From positions 1-64,000 of IMG/VR virus record IMGVR_UViG_3300020477_000990: DNA of 64,000 bases; one strand, written 5' to 3'. Of this stretch, positions 48,701 to 57,604 are shown in pieces. The translations under genes and the position numbers were made by a program. The notes below the pieces were generated by a model, which worked only from the letters and a program-made list of their open reading frames with translations, was not told the DNA's origin and made no database searches. The stretch's first letter is position 1. The number at the start of each line of letters is the position of its first letter.

Positions 48701-51270
48701 CAGAAGTTACAGATGCTTCAACTAATACTGTTAATACATCACACATTATTGGTATTAAGGCTAGAGCAGGAAACTTTAAAGCAGGAAGTACTGCCACTAA
48801 CGCATATGGTTTATATGTTGACACATCAAAAGATGGTGCGGCAACTATAACAAATAGATATTCAATTTACGCACCACAGTCAAGTGATAAGGCATACTTT
48901 GCAGGTCAAGTACAAATAGGTGCATTTACAATACCAAATACAGATGGTACTAATGGACAATTTTTAAAAACAGATGGTGCTGGAAACCTTACATGGACAT
49001 CAATAACACAAGAAAATTTAGCAGATAATGATACAGATGATTTAAGTGAAGGTTCTTCTAACTTATACTTTACTAATGCAAGAGCAGATGCACGTATTGG
49101 AGCATCAAGTTTAAGTGATATATCAAATGTACACACAGCGGCTCCAACAGATGGTCAAGTACTTAAATGGGATAACGGAAATAGTAGATGGGCACCAGCG
49201 GCAGACACAGATACAGTTTATACTTCATTTAACTCAGACTTTGATACAAGATTAGCGGCAAAAGATACAGGTGATTTAAGTGAAGGAAGTAATTTATATT
49301 ACACAGATGCAAGAGCTGATGCAAGAATTACAAACGCATTAATTGATGAAGACAATATGGCTTCAGATAGTGCTACAAAATTACCATCACAACAATCAGT
49401 TAAGGCATACGTTGATTCACAAGTAGCAAGTGAAAATGAATTAAGCGAAATGAATGATGTAACTTTATCAGGTTTAGCATCAAGTCAATTCTTACAATAC
49501 AATGGTACTGCTTGGGTGAATGTAAGTAGTTCAGCAGTTCCGGCAGGCTCAGATACAGAAGTTCAATTTAATGATGGTGGTGGTTTTGCTGGTGATTCAG
49601 ACTTTACATATAATAAAACAACAAATAAAATTACAGTTGGATCAGTTACAACAACAGGTGCTTCACCGTCTATTTCATCTTCAGGTGCTTTAGGAATTTC
49701 AACTACAGCATCAAACAGCGATATTACAATTACACCACATGGTACTGGTGACATTGTACTTGATAGTCAAAAATGGCCACAGGCAGATGGTCCAGCAGGT
49801 TCATATTTAAAAACAGATGGTGCTAGTCAGTTAAGTTGGGACTTGTTAGATACAGATGATGTAGGTGAAGGCGGAAGATTATATTATACAACTGCAAGAG
49901 TTGATCAAAGAATTACAGGACAATGGTTAGTTGATGAAGATAATATGGCATCAGATAGTGATACTAAAATTCCTTCTCAACAATCAGTTAAAGCATACGT
50001 AGACGCACAGATTTTAACAAAAGATAATACAGATGAAATTGCAGAAGGTTCAACTAATCTTTATTATACAGATGCAAGAGCACAGGCAGTTTCAATTAAT
50101 AATTTAGTAGAAGATACTACTCCACAGTTAGGCGGTACACTTGATGCCAACAGTAATACAATTGACATGGGTACAAATATTATTACTGATGCAAAAGTTG
50201 GTAATTGGGATACAGCACATGGTTGGGGTGACCACTCAAGTGCAGGTTACTTAACATCAATTAGTGCAAATTCAATTAATGATACACACATTGATTGGGG
50301 AACAGGTGCTAATCAAGTATCATCAGCTGATGTTCCAGAACAAACAAATTTATATTACACAGATGCAAGAGCTGATGCAAGAATTGGAGCGGCAAGTATT
50401 AATGCATTATCAGATGTTAATACATCAGGTGCGGCAAATGGCAAGATATTAAAACACAATGGTACTGATTGGGTAGTAGCAGATGACTCAGGTGGTCCTG
50501 CAGATACAGATGCATTATCAGAAGGTTCAAGTAACTTATACTTTACTAATGCAAGAGCAGATGCACGTATAGCCGCGGCAACGTTTACTACACTATCAGA
50601 CGTAGATGCTGTAGTAGCCGGTGATGATGGTAAGATATTATACTACGATCATTCATCAACTTCATTTAAATGGAAAGCAGATGCAGGTGGTCCAGCAGAT
50701 ACTGATGCATTGTCAGAAGGTTCAAGTAACTTATACTTTACAAACGCAAGAGCTGATGCACGTATTGGAGCGGCGGATATAGCTGACTTAAACAATGTAC
50801 ACACAGCGGCGGCAACAGATGGACAAGTACTTACTTGGGATAATGGAAATTCAAGATGGGCACCAGCTGATGCAGGTGGTGGTGGAACAACCACAGTAGA
50901 AAGATTTAAAATTAACTATGCAACAAATGGTAACTTACAAAGTATTACAGATATAACATCTGGAATATCAGGAGTAAACATTGATTCAGCGGCAGGTGGT
51001 GATATTACAATTACATTTACAGGATACAGTTATCCACCAGCAGGTATATTATACTTTGGTTACAAATATGCATCAAATGAATATGATATTATGCCTTGGA
51101 ACAAAGACGTTACATTAAGAAAAGTACCAGGCGGTGGATCATCAGGATCTCCAACAGCATTTGGATCAATATCAACAATTTCAATTAAAGCGGCTGAAGG
51201 TGATACTGGAGCTTCAAGATCATTTGGTACAGTTACTCATGCATGGATACAATTGGTAATGGGAGGCTAG
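45733..51270 (+). CDS. Large repeat-rich tail fibre / virion adhesin (1845 aa)
   Basis: APGALDTLNELAAALGDD fibre motif; ~11 NLY(F/Y)T.AR repeats; GQVL.W repeats. Confidence 0.85.
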   Translation: MADNTGSNLGTGHIVFSSKVGNDLQFKTLVGGTNITLANTASEITITASNDTTALNIGTGSGIFTSKAGDNIQFKSLIANAASGISLTSNADDLTFQLVSANVDAGKLGGVAASDFLQKSNNLSGLTNLATARSNLSVYSKAEVDGFAVKNNANVLPSADNTWSLGDNSNRWAAIYANRFYGMATTAGSMASLNDITDVDTSGAVNNSVLKWNSSTSQWEIGVDSGGGGGSSSFVGLSDTPGNFTGDANKYVRVNAGETALEFVDGVATEAYVTTQVNNLIDSAPGALDTLNELAAALGDDANFSTTITNSIATKLATADFNNTFDTRFGNKNISDLSNVHTAAPTDGQVLSWDNGNSRWAPSNVGSGDITRVNITAGTGLSGTQDTTSGDHTQTLAVDVGTSAGKIVQLDGSAKLPAVDGSALTNLPAAYTNASVDAHLNQSNPTSGFVLSWNGSDYAWVTNAGYTDTDFDNRLATKSTTNLTEGTNLYYTDARVNARVGALGSANWDTAFGWGDHSSAGYLSSVALNNLTDVNTAGVANGKILKYNGTSWVVADDTGGPADTDALGEGSTNLYFTNARADARISAATFTTLSDVDAVVAGDNGKILYYDHGTTSFKWKVDAGGPADTDALAEGSTNLYFTNARVDTHLNQSNPTSGYVLSWNGSDYVWVANGTPGAITDIVNDATPQLGGTLDANGNTIDMGTNVLTDVNLGQFITAHGWGDHSGAGYLTSTGVISSHTDVHNAAATDGQVLKWDNANSRWAPANDTDTVYSSFNSDFDTRLTAKDTGDLSEGSNLYFTNARADARIGAASINALSDVDTSGAANGKILKHNGTSWVVADDTDTDTGILNVVEDTTPQLGGNLDVQTNTIKSSDNVQLGEGVSATGITGTLATRVSGFGAYFGFTSDNSKRHYNNVWQSKQTLSTNVDTGNKKQGWLIDSVLELDGNTHGANDTADVSKLFGDYSYTSLKSSSGNTSANGVVGHSFSAEVTDASTNTVNTSHIIGIKARAGNFKAGSTATNAYGLYVDTSKDGAATITNRYSIYAPQSSDKAYFAGQVQIGAFTIPNTDGTNGQFLKTDGAGNLTWTSITQENLADNDTDDLSEGSSNLYFTNARADARIGASSLSDISNVHTAAPTDGQVLKWDNGNSRWAPAADTDTVYTSFNSDFDTRLAAKDTGDLSEGSNLYYTDARADARITNALIDEDNMASDSATKLPSQQSVKAYVDSQVASENELSEMNDVTLSGLASSQFLQYNGTAWVNVSSSAVPAGSDTEVQFNDGGGFAGDSDFTYNKTTNKITVGSVTTTGASPSISSSGALGISTTASNSDITITPHGTGDIVLDSQKWPQADGPAGSYLKTDGASQLSWDLLDTDDVGEGGRLYYTTARVDQRITGQWLVDEDNMASDSDTKIPSQQSVKAYVDAQILTKDNTDEIAEGSTNLYYTDARAQAVSINNLVEDTTPQLGGTLDANSNTIDMGTNIITDAKVGNWDTAHGWGDHSSAGYLTSISANSINDTHIDWGTGANQVSSADVPEQTNLYYTDARADARIGAASINALSDVNTSGAANGKILKHNGTDWVVADDSGGPADTDALSEGSSNLYFTNARADARIAAATFTTLSDVDAVVAGDDGKILYYDHSSTSFKWKADAGGPADTDALSEGSSNLYFTNARADARIGAADIADLNNVHTAAATDGQVLTWDNGNSRWAPADAGGGGTTTVERFKINYATNGNLQSITDITSGISGVNIDSAAGGDITITFTGYSYPPAGILYFGYKYASNEYDIMPWNKDVTLRKVPGGGSSGSPTAFGSISTISIKAAEGDTGASRSFGTVTHAWIQLVMGG
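47395..50751 (+). repeat. Intragenic direct repeats in the fibre gene (~270-bp copies at ~47395-47667 and ~50479-50751; ~100-bp copies at ~48030 and ~49200)
   Basis: Near-identical in both DNA and protein. Confidence 0.85.
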
Positions 51271-51273
51271 TAG

Positions 51274-53250
51274 ATGGCCTACAAAACTAATTATATTGAT
51301 GTTAATAAACCAGCAAAAGTTTTAAGTTTAAACATTACATCAATTGCAAACAAAACACAATGGCCACATAATGATGGACAAGGTGATAAATGGTGGTCGA
51401 GTGGTTCAAATCCAAAATATTATCAATGGACAGTTCAAGGAACAGTAACAGCACAGAATCATGGTTCTCACTTAACAAGAAAAGATTTTCAATATAATGG
51501 ATTAGATATACAAGTAGGTGATTGGATTGCAGGTGCATCAACAGGATTATGTTGTAGAATTGTTTCTATATCAGCAAAAGCAACAGGTAGTTTTACCTGT
51601 ATTGTAGAAGATTGGTTAAGATATAATACATTTAGATCATCTTCAGGTTCTGGTATATTTGCTACAGGTACAGCGGTTTGTTTTCAATTAAATGAAAACG
51701 GACACCCTATGATAGATCCAGTACCAGCATCTATTACTTCTGGAACGTTTTATCAAAATATTAACTCAAGATTTCAATATTTAAATCCACAAATGCACTA
51801 TGTATTAGATCAAACAGCACATGGTTTTGCGGCAGGAGATGTTATATCAATTACAGGTTCAGGCTTTGCTAAAACAACAGGTGCAACAGCAAGTAAAACA
51901 ATTGGTACAGTAACTAATCCAGGACCAGGCCCAAATCAATTTATGTTAAGACCAAATACAAGAATTATTGATTTCAATCCTGCTATACCAGGATCAGTAG
52001 GTGATTTTATTTACACAGACAATAGTACAGCAGGTGGTTTAACAACTACTTCAACATCAGGTAAGATACAGTTTTTAAAAATAGCAGATGCTATTGCTTC
52101 ATCAGTTACAGGATCACAAGTAGACCCAACAACTACAGCAAGTGATGTTTTAGAAATTAATGAAATAGCGGTTACATTTACTGGTGGTAATTTGACACAA
52201 ACAATAACAGACATTAATGGTGGTACAGGAACGCATGGGGTTTCAGCATCAAGTTCACCTTCACCAACTACAGCAACCACGGCAGTAGAAAGTTTAGCTT
52301 ATGGACTAGTTGGTGTTTATCCAAATGGACAAATTACTATTAATGGTACTAATGTAACATTTACAACTACAACGGCTGGACAAGCGGCATATGGTATTGC
52401 AGTTGGTATTGCAGATGATATTATTGCAGATGTTAACGCGGCATCTCCAACAAATATTACAGCAAGTAAGTCAGGATCAAATGTTATATTAACAGAATCA
52501 CAAGGTAATGCAATTACAATTGTAAATGTACAAAATGATGGACAAGGTAATCCAGTAGCAGGTCCAAGTTCAGGTACAGGATGGGAATTGTCAACAAGTG
52601 CATCATCAGGTGCTTATATAAAATTAACAAGATCAGATGGTGGAGAAATTTTATTAGATGAAACAACTGGAACACCATTAAACGATTTAGGATTATTTTC
52701 CGTACATAATGGAAGACCACCGTTAGCAGTAACAGTAGAACAAGGTATTGTTGCAGGTGGCGGCGGAACAACTGTTGTAAATGATATAGCGGCAAGAAAT
52801 GCTTTATCTCCTTCAGTTGGAGATATGGTCTATGTAATTGATTCAGGTAATAGTGAGTATGCTTTCTATGTTTATAGTGGCGGTACTTGGAAATTACTTG
52901 CAGATGAAGATTCAGCAAATACAGATGCTAATACACTTTCAGCAACTATAACACAGGCAGGCGGCTCAGGTACAACAGCAATTGGAACAGTATCAGATGG
53001 TTCAAGAATAACATTAATTAGTGTAGAAGTTACAGTAGCATTTGACGATGCACCAACATTAACAATTGGTGACGCAAGTGATAATGATAGACTTGTTACT
53101 AATAATGAAATAGATTTAGGATCTGTAGGAACCTATGCAATACAGCCTGCTTATCAATACTCTACAGGTTCAGATGCGACTATAAATGCGTATTTTAATG
53201 TTGCAAGTGCAACAACAGGATCGGCTAAAATACTAGTTAGTTATATGTAA
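51274..53250 (+). CDS. Probable virion structural protein
   Basis: T/G/S-rich, beta-rich; follows the fibre gene. Confidence 0.75.
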   Translation: MAYKTNYIDVNKPAKVLSLNITSIANKTQWPHNDGQGDKWWSSGSNPKYYQWTVQGTVTAQNHGSHLTRKDFQYNGLDIQVGDWIAGASTGLCCRIVSISAKATGSFTCIVEDWLRYNTFRSSSGSGIFATGTAVCFQLNENGHPMIDPVPASITSGTFYQNINSRFQYLNPQMHYVLDQTAHGFAAGDVISITGSGFAKTTGATASKTIGTVTNPGPGPNQFMLRPNTRIIDFNPAIPGSVGDFIYTDNSTAGGLTTTSTSGKIQFLKIADAIASSVTGSQVDPTTTASDVLEINEIAVTFTGGNLTQTITDINGGTGTHGVSASSSPSPTTATTAVESLAYGLVGVYPNGQITINGTNVTFTTTTAGQAAYGIAVGIADDIIADVNAASPTNITASKSGSNVILTESQGNAITIVNVQNDGQGNPVAGPSSGTGWELSTSASSGAYIKLTRSDGGEILLDETTGTPLNDLGLFSVHNGRPPLAVTVEQGIVAGGGGTTVVNDIAARNALSPSVGDMVYVIDSGNSEYAFYVYSGGTWKLLADEDSANTDANTLSATITQAGGSGTTAIGTVSDGSRITLISVEVTVAFDDAPTLTIGDASDNDRLVTNNEIDLGSVGTYAIQPAYQYSTGSDATINAYFNVASATTGSAKILVSYM

Positions 53251-53258
53251 TTTTAACC

Positions 53259-53291
53259 AATTCCAGATAAATATGTGTATAGAATGGAGTT
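53259..53291 (+). promoter_or_regulatory. Late promoter inside an SD-sequestering hairpin
   Basis: AATTCCA/TGGAGTT stem; GATAAATA (53266-53273) in loop. Confidence 0.5.
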
Positions 53292-53294
53292 ATA

Positions 53295-53597
53295 ATGAGT
53301 AGACCAAAACCAGATATTTTATTAGAATTTACGAATCCAAAGAACTATAAGAGTGAACAGGTTCTTAAGGCCGAGGCAATCTATGCGGTTTTCTTTAAAG
53401 ATGCTCCAATCAATTTACGTTCATTAAATACTTTAGTGAACTACCCCGGACCTAAGTACAAAAAAGTCTCCTTTTCAAATTCAGGACACGCAATTAACCT
53501 TGCGGAAAAATTAAATTCATTATTCAAATGTGATGATTTTTCAGTCCACGTTTTAACAGCAGGAAAGAAACTTAATGTACAAGGACAACCAAAGTAA
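53295..53597 (+). CDS. Phage hypothetical protein (MSRPKP...)
   Basis: PGPKYKKVSFSNSGHA. Confidence 0.75.
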   Translation: MSRPKPDILLEFTNPKNYKSEQVLKAEAIYAVFFKDAPINLRSLNTLVNYPGPKYKKVSFSNSGHAINLAEKLNSLFKCDDFSVHVLTAGKKLNVQGQPK

Positions 53598-53964
53598 AAA
53601 AATCATTTTAGATTATTTAAAAAGTAAGAATGTGTCAGATGCACAGATGTTTACTATGTTTGTGAGTCGTATTGGCAAAGATTCTTTTGAGCAATCATTA
53701 AGATTAACAAAAATGGGTGTACAGGTATTAGAAGAACACTTTCCTTCTTATGTAATTAAAATTAAACAGCCTTTTACAGTTAAAGCAATTCATATACATA
53801 ATTTAGAACGTGAAATGCTATTACCTTATTATATAGATAATAAAAAAATTGTAGTTTTTAATGAAAAAGATGCAGTAGATCTAAAGTTAATTGACGGTGA
53901 TGTTGAGCTTTGGTCCAGAAATTTCAGCATAAACAACCAAGATTATTCTCCTAAATTTGACTAA
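53575..53964 (+). CDS. Hypothetical protein
   Basis: SLRLT..G; PYYI. Confidence 0.7.
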   Translation: MYKDNQSKKIILDYLKSKNVSDAQMFTMFVSRIGKDSFEQSLRLTKMGVQVLEEHFPSYVIKIKQPFTVKAIHIHNLEREMLLPYYIDNKKIVVFNEKDAVDLKLIDGDVELWSRNFSINNQDYSPKFD

Positions 53965-53971
53965 AAGAGGA

Positions 53972-54052
53972 TAAGTCATTGAAATCATTGGCTTTTTTCT
54001 GGCCATTTTTCTGACAAATAATGGTTGACAGATTTCTATATGATGCTATTAT
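53972..54052 (+). promoter_or_regulatory. Duplicated promoter cassette, copy 1 (IHF-like site + sigma70 promoter)
   Basis: TAAGTCATTGAAATCATTGGCTTTTTTCTG...ATAATGGTTGACAGATTTCTATATGATGCTAT. Confidence 0.8.
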
Positions 54053-54086
54053 ATAATTATAAACAAAAAAGCAGAAAGAGGCTAAA

Positions 54087-55178
54087 ATGGTGAAAACAAA
54101 TACAACAGAAACTAGAACAGTTAGACCAAGCGATGTTAAAGCAGAAGTTCTAGCCTGTATAGATGCAAAGAGACCTGTAATGTTATGGGGTCCTCCAGGC
54201 ATTGGAAAATCAGAAATTATTAATGAAATAGGACAAGACTTAAATCGTAATGTTATTGATTTAAGATTGTTATTATTGGAACCAACAGATTTACGTGGTA
54301 TTCCATATTTTAATTCGAAAGCGAATAAAATGGATTGGGCACCACCAGTAGATCTTCCAAGTGATCCTAAAGATAATTCAATATTATTTTTAGACGAAAT
54401 AAATGCCGCACCACAATCAGTACAGGCCGCGGCGTATCAATTAGTTCTTAATAGAAGAATTGGTACTTATAAATTACCAGATGGAGTATCAATTGTAGCG
54501 GCTGGTAATAGAGAAAGTGATAGAGGTGTTACTTATAGAATGCCTTCACCACTTGCTAACAGAATGTTACATATTGAGATGGCTGTTAATTTTGAAGATT
54601 GGCAGGATTGGGCAACCAAAAATGAAATCCATGCTGATGTAGTTGGATATTTAACATTTGCTAAAAATGATTTATATGACTTTGATCCTAGAAGTTCATC
54701 TAGAGCATTTGCAACACCAAGAAGTTGGTCGTTTGTAAGTGATATGCTAGAAACTGGAAAACTTGAAGGTTCAAGATTAACTGATATTATCACAGGGTCA
54801 GTTGGTGAAGGTCTTGCAGTAAAATTTATAGCACATAGAGATGTTGCTGGTAAATTACCTAACCCATCTGATATTTTAAGTGGTAAAGTTAAAAAACTTG
54901 ATACTAAAGAAGTTAGTGCTATGTATTCATTAATTACTTCATTATGTTATGAATTAAAAGATGAATGTGAAAAGGCTCAAAAATCTAAAAAGATGGCTGG
55001 GTGGCATAAAATGGCAGATAACTTTTTGCAGTATATGATGGATAATTTTGAAACTGAAATGGTAGTGCTAGGGGCAAGAATTGCTCTTAAAAATCATCAA
55101 CTACCGTTTAGTCCTAAAGAGCTAAAGAGCTTTAAGGACTTTTATAAGAGATATGGTAAGTTAATCGTTGACGTTTAA
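54087..55178 (+). CDS. MoxR-like AAA+ ATPase
   Basis: GPPGIGKS, LFLDEIN, AAGNR, PLANR, TPRSW. Confidence 0.9.
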   Translation: MVKTNTTETRTVRPSDVKAEVLACIDAKRPVMLWGPPGIGKSEIINEIGQDLNRNVIDLRLLLLEPTDLRGIPYFNSKANKMDWAPPVDLPSDPKDNSILFLDEINAAPQSVQAAAYQLVLNRRIGTYKLPDGVSIVAAGNRESDRGVTYRMPSPLANRMLHIEMAVNFEDWQDWATKNEIHADVVGYLTFAKNDLYDFDPRSSSRAFATPRSWSFVSDMLETGKLEGSRLTDIITGSVGEGLAVKFIAHRDVAGKLPNPSDILSGKVKKLDTKEVSAMYSLITSLCYELKDECEKAQKSKKMAGWHKMADNFLQYMMDNFETEMVVLGARIALKNHQLPFSPKELKSFKDFYKRYGKLIVDV

Positions 55179-55191
55179 TTTATCATTATAT

Positions 55192-55241
55192 GGGGACTAG
55201 GTCTACCTCTCTCTGCTCTTTCGGAAGACCGGTCCCCGCCA
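55192..55241 (+). ncRNA. tRNA-like minihelix RNA (7+5 bp, GCCA end, pyrimidine-rich loop)
   Basis: GGGGACT-A-GGTCT pairs with AGACC-GGTCCCC, followed by GCCA. Confidence 0.5.
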
Positions 55242-55255
55242 AATTATGATAAGTA

Positions 55256-55651
55256 TTGTATATGGACAAAGTGCTAATATTAATAAAATTAATTTCGTTA
55301 TTATATCCTAAGAAAAATTGGGATAAGAATTCTCATTTTATTTTTACACATCAAGATAGAAAATTAATGAAAGAGTATTTAAAGTCAGCAAAGAAAATGG
55401 GACTTCATAAAATATTAAGAGAAGTGAATTTAATAGATCATGATTTTTTATCTTATGAAAAAGGTGAAGTATATCATTTATATATTGGTCCTAAATATAT
55501 TTGGGATCATGATTATAAAATGCTTTGGAAACCCCATGAAGATAAAGGCATTTGGAAAATAGAAAAAATATTTAATGAAAAAATTTCTCATGTACCTAAA
55601 GTAATGGGACAAAAAATATTAGGTAATTATTCATCGAAAGGTAAGGAATGA
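55256..55651 (+). CDS. Hypothetical protein
   Basis: ORF. Confidence 0.55.
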   Translation: MYMDKVLILIKLISLLYPKKNWDKNSHFIFTHQDRKLMKEYLKSAKKMGLHKILREVNLIDHDFLSYEKGEVYHLYIGPKYIWDHDYKMLWKPHEDKGIWKIEKIFNEKISHVPKVMGQKILGNYSSKGKE

Positions 55652-55836
55652 AAATAACATTTTTAGATAAAAAATATGCAACAATGAGATATGAAAAACT
55701 TTTATCTAATTGTGATAAAGCATTATTAGAAGCAGAAGATCAATGGGCTATTACTTATTGGACTAATGTAAAAGAAAAATTAAGAAAAAATATGTCTAAA
55801 TTAGGTTTATTAAAAGGAAGTAAAATAGTTAACTAA
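55648..55836 (+). CDS. Hypothetical protein
   Basis: ATGA overlap. Confidence 0.6.
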   Translation: MKITFLDKKYATMRYEKLLSNCDKALLEAEDQWAITYWTNVKEKLRKNMSKLGLLKGSKIVN

Positions 55837-56109
55837 ATGGAACAACAATTTAATAACAAAGTATATCCAATTTATAAAAACGATATAGGTGTAAAAGAAA
55901 TACAGATAGGAGTAAAAAGTTTTATGTGTATGGGATGTTCACCACCAGATGATCACCCACACGTCTTTTTAACTATGGGAAATGATGAGTCATTAAATTG
56001 TATCTATTGCAATACAAAATATGTATATGATCATACACTAACATTTAGATATACTAATCCACCTGAGTGCTATGCAGGTGATAATATAATAGGTGAAAAA
56101 AATGAGTAA
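55837..56109 (+). CDS. zf-CHCC zinc-finger protein (alphaproteobacterial type)
   Basis: FMCMG.SPP.DHPHVFL.MG...CIYC. Confidence 0.82.
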   Translation: MEQQFNNKVYPIYKNDIGVKEIQIGVKSFMCMGCSPPDDHPHVFLTMGNDESLNCIYCNTKYVYDHTLTFRYTNPPECYAGDNIIGEKNE

Positions 56110-56401
56110 AGAAGAACTTTCAGTTTTGAAAAATCATAAGAGAAAGTTTTTAGGAATGCCAGCGGTTTGTGAAAATTATTTTGGTAAAAAGTATAAACAC
56201 AATGTTCATTTTCCTACAAAGAATGTAGCTGAAAATATAGGTAACTGGCTTGAAACAGGACCACAGGGTAAATGGGGTTGGTATTATGAAGCCCATAAAA
56301 CTGATATGGAAATGATGTATGATGAACCAGTTAGAAAAGAACACGTGGTATTATCATTTGAAAATGGAGAAGATGCTTTAATATGCCAAATGAAAAAGTA
56401 G
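56093..56401 (+). CDS. Hypothetical protein
   Basis: ORF. Confidence 0.6.
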   Translation: MKKMSKEELSVLKNHKRKFLGMPAVCENYFGKKYKHNVHFPTKNVAENIGNWLETGPQGKWGWYYEAHKTDMEMMYDEPVRKEHVVLSFENGEDALICQMKK

Positions 56402-56763
56402 AAATAGAAGAATATAAAGTTAAAAAAAATAAATCTACTTATCGTAAAAAGAGTAATGAAGAATTAAAACAATTGGCTATTGAATGTTATCGAGGATCAG
56501 TATTTACAAGTTACCAAATACATCAGCAAGATATGAATATGTTGCAATCAATTTTTATGCCATTAGCATTTATGAACCCAGCACAATTAAAAGATACATA
56601 TAAAGATAAGCCTCATATGTATTATTCACACGAGAAAGATGCATTTCCAACTGGAATAAATGGATATGGCTGTTATGGATCTGTAGCATATCTTAATAAA
56701 GAAGATGGAGATCGTTTTAGAAAATACTATAATGCAATAGAAGAAAAACTAGAAAAATTATAA
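56383..56763 (+). CDS. Hypothetical protein
   Basis: ORF; PTGINGY. Confidence 0.65.
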   Translation: MPNEKVEIEEYKVKKNKSTYRKKSNEELKQLAIECYRGSVFTSYQIHQQDMNMLQSIFMPLAFMNPAQLKDTYKDKPHMYYSHEKDAFPTGINGYGCYGSVAYLNKEDGDRFRKYYNAIEEKLEKL

Positions 56764-57002
56764 TGCAAATATCATCACACGAATTTATGGAATTAGATCA
56801 AGATTATTATGTGATAGATATACATACAGTTTTTGAATCAAAAGAAGATAAATTAATAGAAGATGTATTAAAAAAACACACAACAGGTTGGTATTATAAA
56901 GCAGGATCATTTTTTGCATTTGAAAAAGCAAAAGATAGAGATATTGTAAAAGGTGCATTGGCTTGGGATAAGTTAACAAAGAGTTTTAAAAAAGATGAGT
57001 AA
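56763..57002 (+). CDS. Hypothetical protein
   Basis: TAATG coupling. Confidence 0.6.
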   Translation: MQISSHEFMELDQDYYVIDIHTVFESKEDKLIEDVLKKHTTGWYYKAGSFFAFEKAKDRDIVKGALAWDKLTKSFKKDE

Positions 57003-57177
57003 TGTATATTACAAGGTTACAGTCACTAAAAACGATATGGAATGTACTTTATATTGGTGGGAAAAAACATATAAAAAGTTAATGGAATCAGTTGACTTAT
57101 TGTATAAATGTGCTAAAGTAGATGCAGTAGAATTAGAAATGGTTACAAAGGAAGAATATGATGAAAATTTTGTATAA
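56995..57177 (+). CDS. Hypothetical protein
   Basis: Overlapping start. Confidence 0.55.
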   Translation: MSNVYYKVTVTKNDMECTLYWWEKTYKKLMESVDLLYKCAKVDAVELEMVTKEEYDENFV

Positions 57178-57186
57178 GGAAATATT

Positions 57187-57507
57187 ATGACAGTAAAAAA
57201 GACAATAAAAGATGTGGTAGAAGAACAGGTCACACTCGCCATACAAGATAAGAAAAAACTAATTAAAAAGGTAACACCATTACATGATAGGTCATGGTAT
57301 GTTAAATGGGTATCCTCTTTTATTATAATAATAGCAATGGCACTTACAGCTCTAGATTGGCATCCGTACAATTTGTTTTTTCATTTAGTTGGTGTAACAG
57401 GATGGGGAATTGTTGGATATCTATGGCACGATAGAGCATTAATGTTATTAAATGGAATAGCCGTTGGTATATTTACGGCCGGAATTATCGGATTTTATAC
57501 AGGGTAA
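57187..57507 (+). CDS. Small membrane protein (DUF6552-like)
   Basis: SWYVKW...PYN...GW..VG.LWHDRAL..LN. Confidence 0.7.
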   Translation: MTVKKTIKDVVEEQVTLAIQDKKKLIKKVTPLHDRSWYVKWVSSFIIIIAMALTALDWHPYNLFFHLVGVTGWGIVGYLWHDRALMLLNGIAVGIFTAGIIGFYTG

Positions 57508-57574
57508 GTCATTGAAATCATTGGCTTTTTTCTGATCAGATAATGGTTGACAGAATTCTATATGATGCTATACT
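57505..57574 (+). promoter_or_regulatory. Duplicated promoter cassette, copy 2
   Basis: 30-bp block identical to 53972-54001; 32-bp block with 1 mismatch to 54018-54049. Confidence 0.8.
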
Positions 57575-57604
57575 ATATATATAATTAGAAAAAGGAAGAG
57601 CTAG

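Noticed and set aside
46740-50880. CRISPR array or DGR from repeated AACTTATACTTTACTAATGCAAGAG
   Set aside because: In-frame protein repeats with irregular spacing and synonymous variation; no cas or RT gene, and no adenine-specific pattern noticed
79-54793. Minus-strand ORFs in the track (e.g. 79..399, 5460..6170, 35212..35688, 48048..48461)
   Set aside because: Antisense shadows of well-supported + strand genes, with no motifs
55192-55241. Bona fide tRNA or intrinsic terminator
   Set aside because: No D or anticodon arm, no TTC loop and no U-tract
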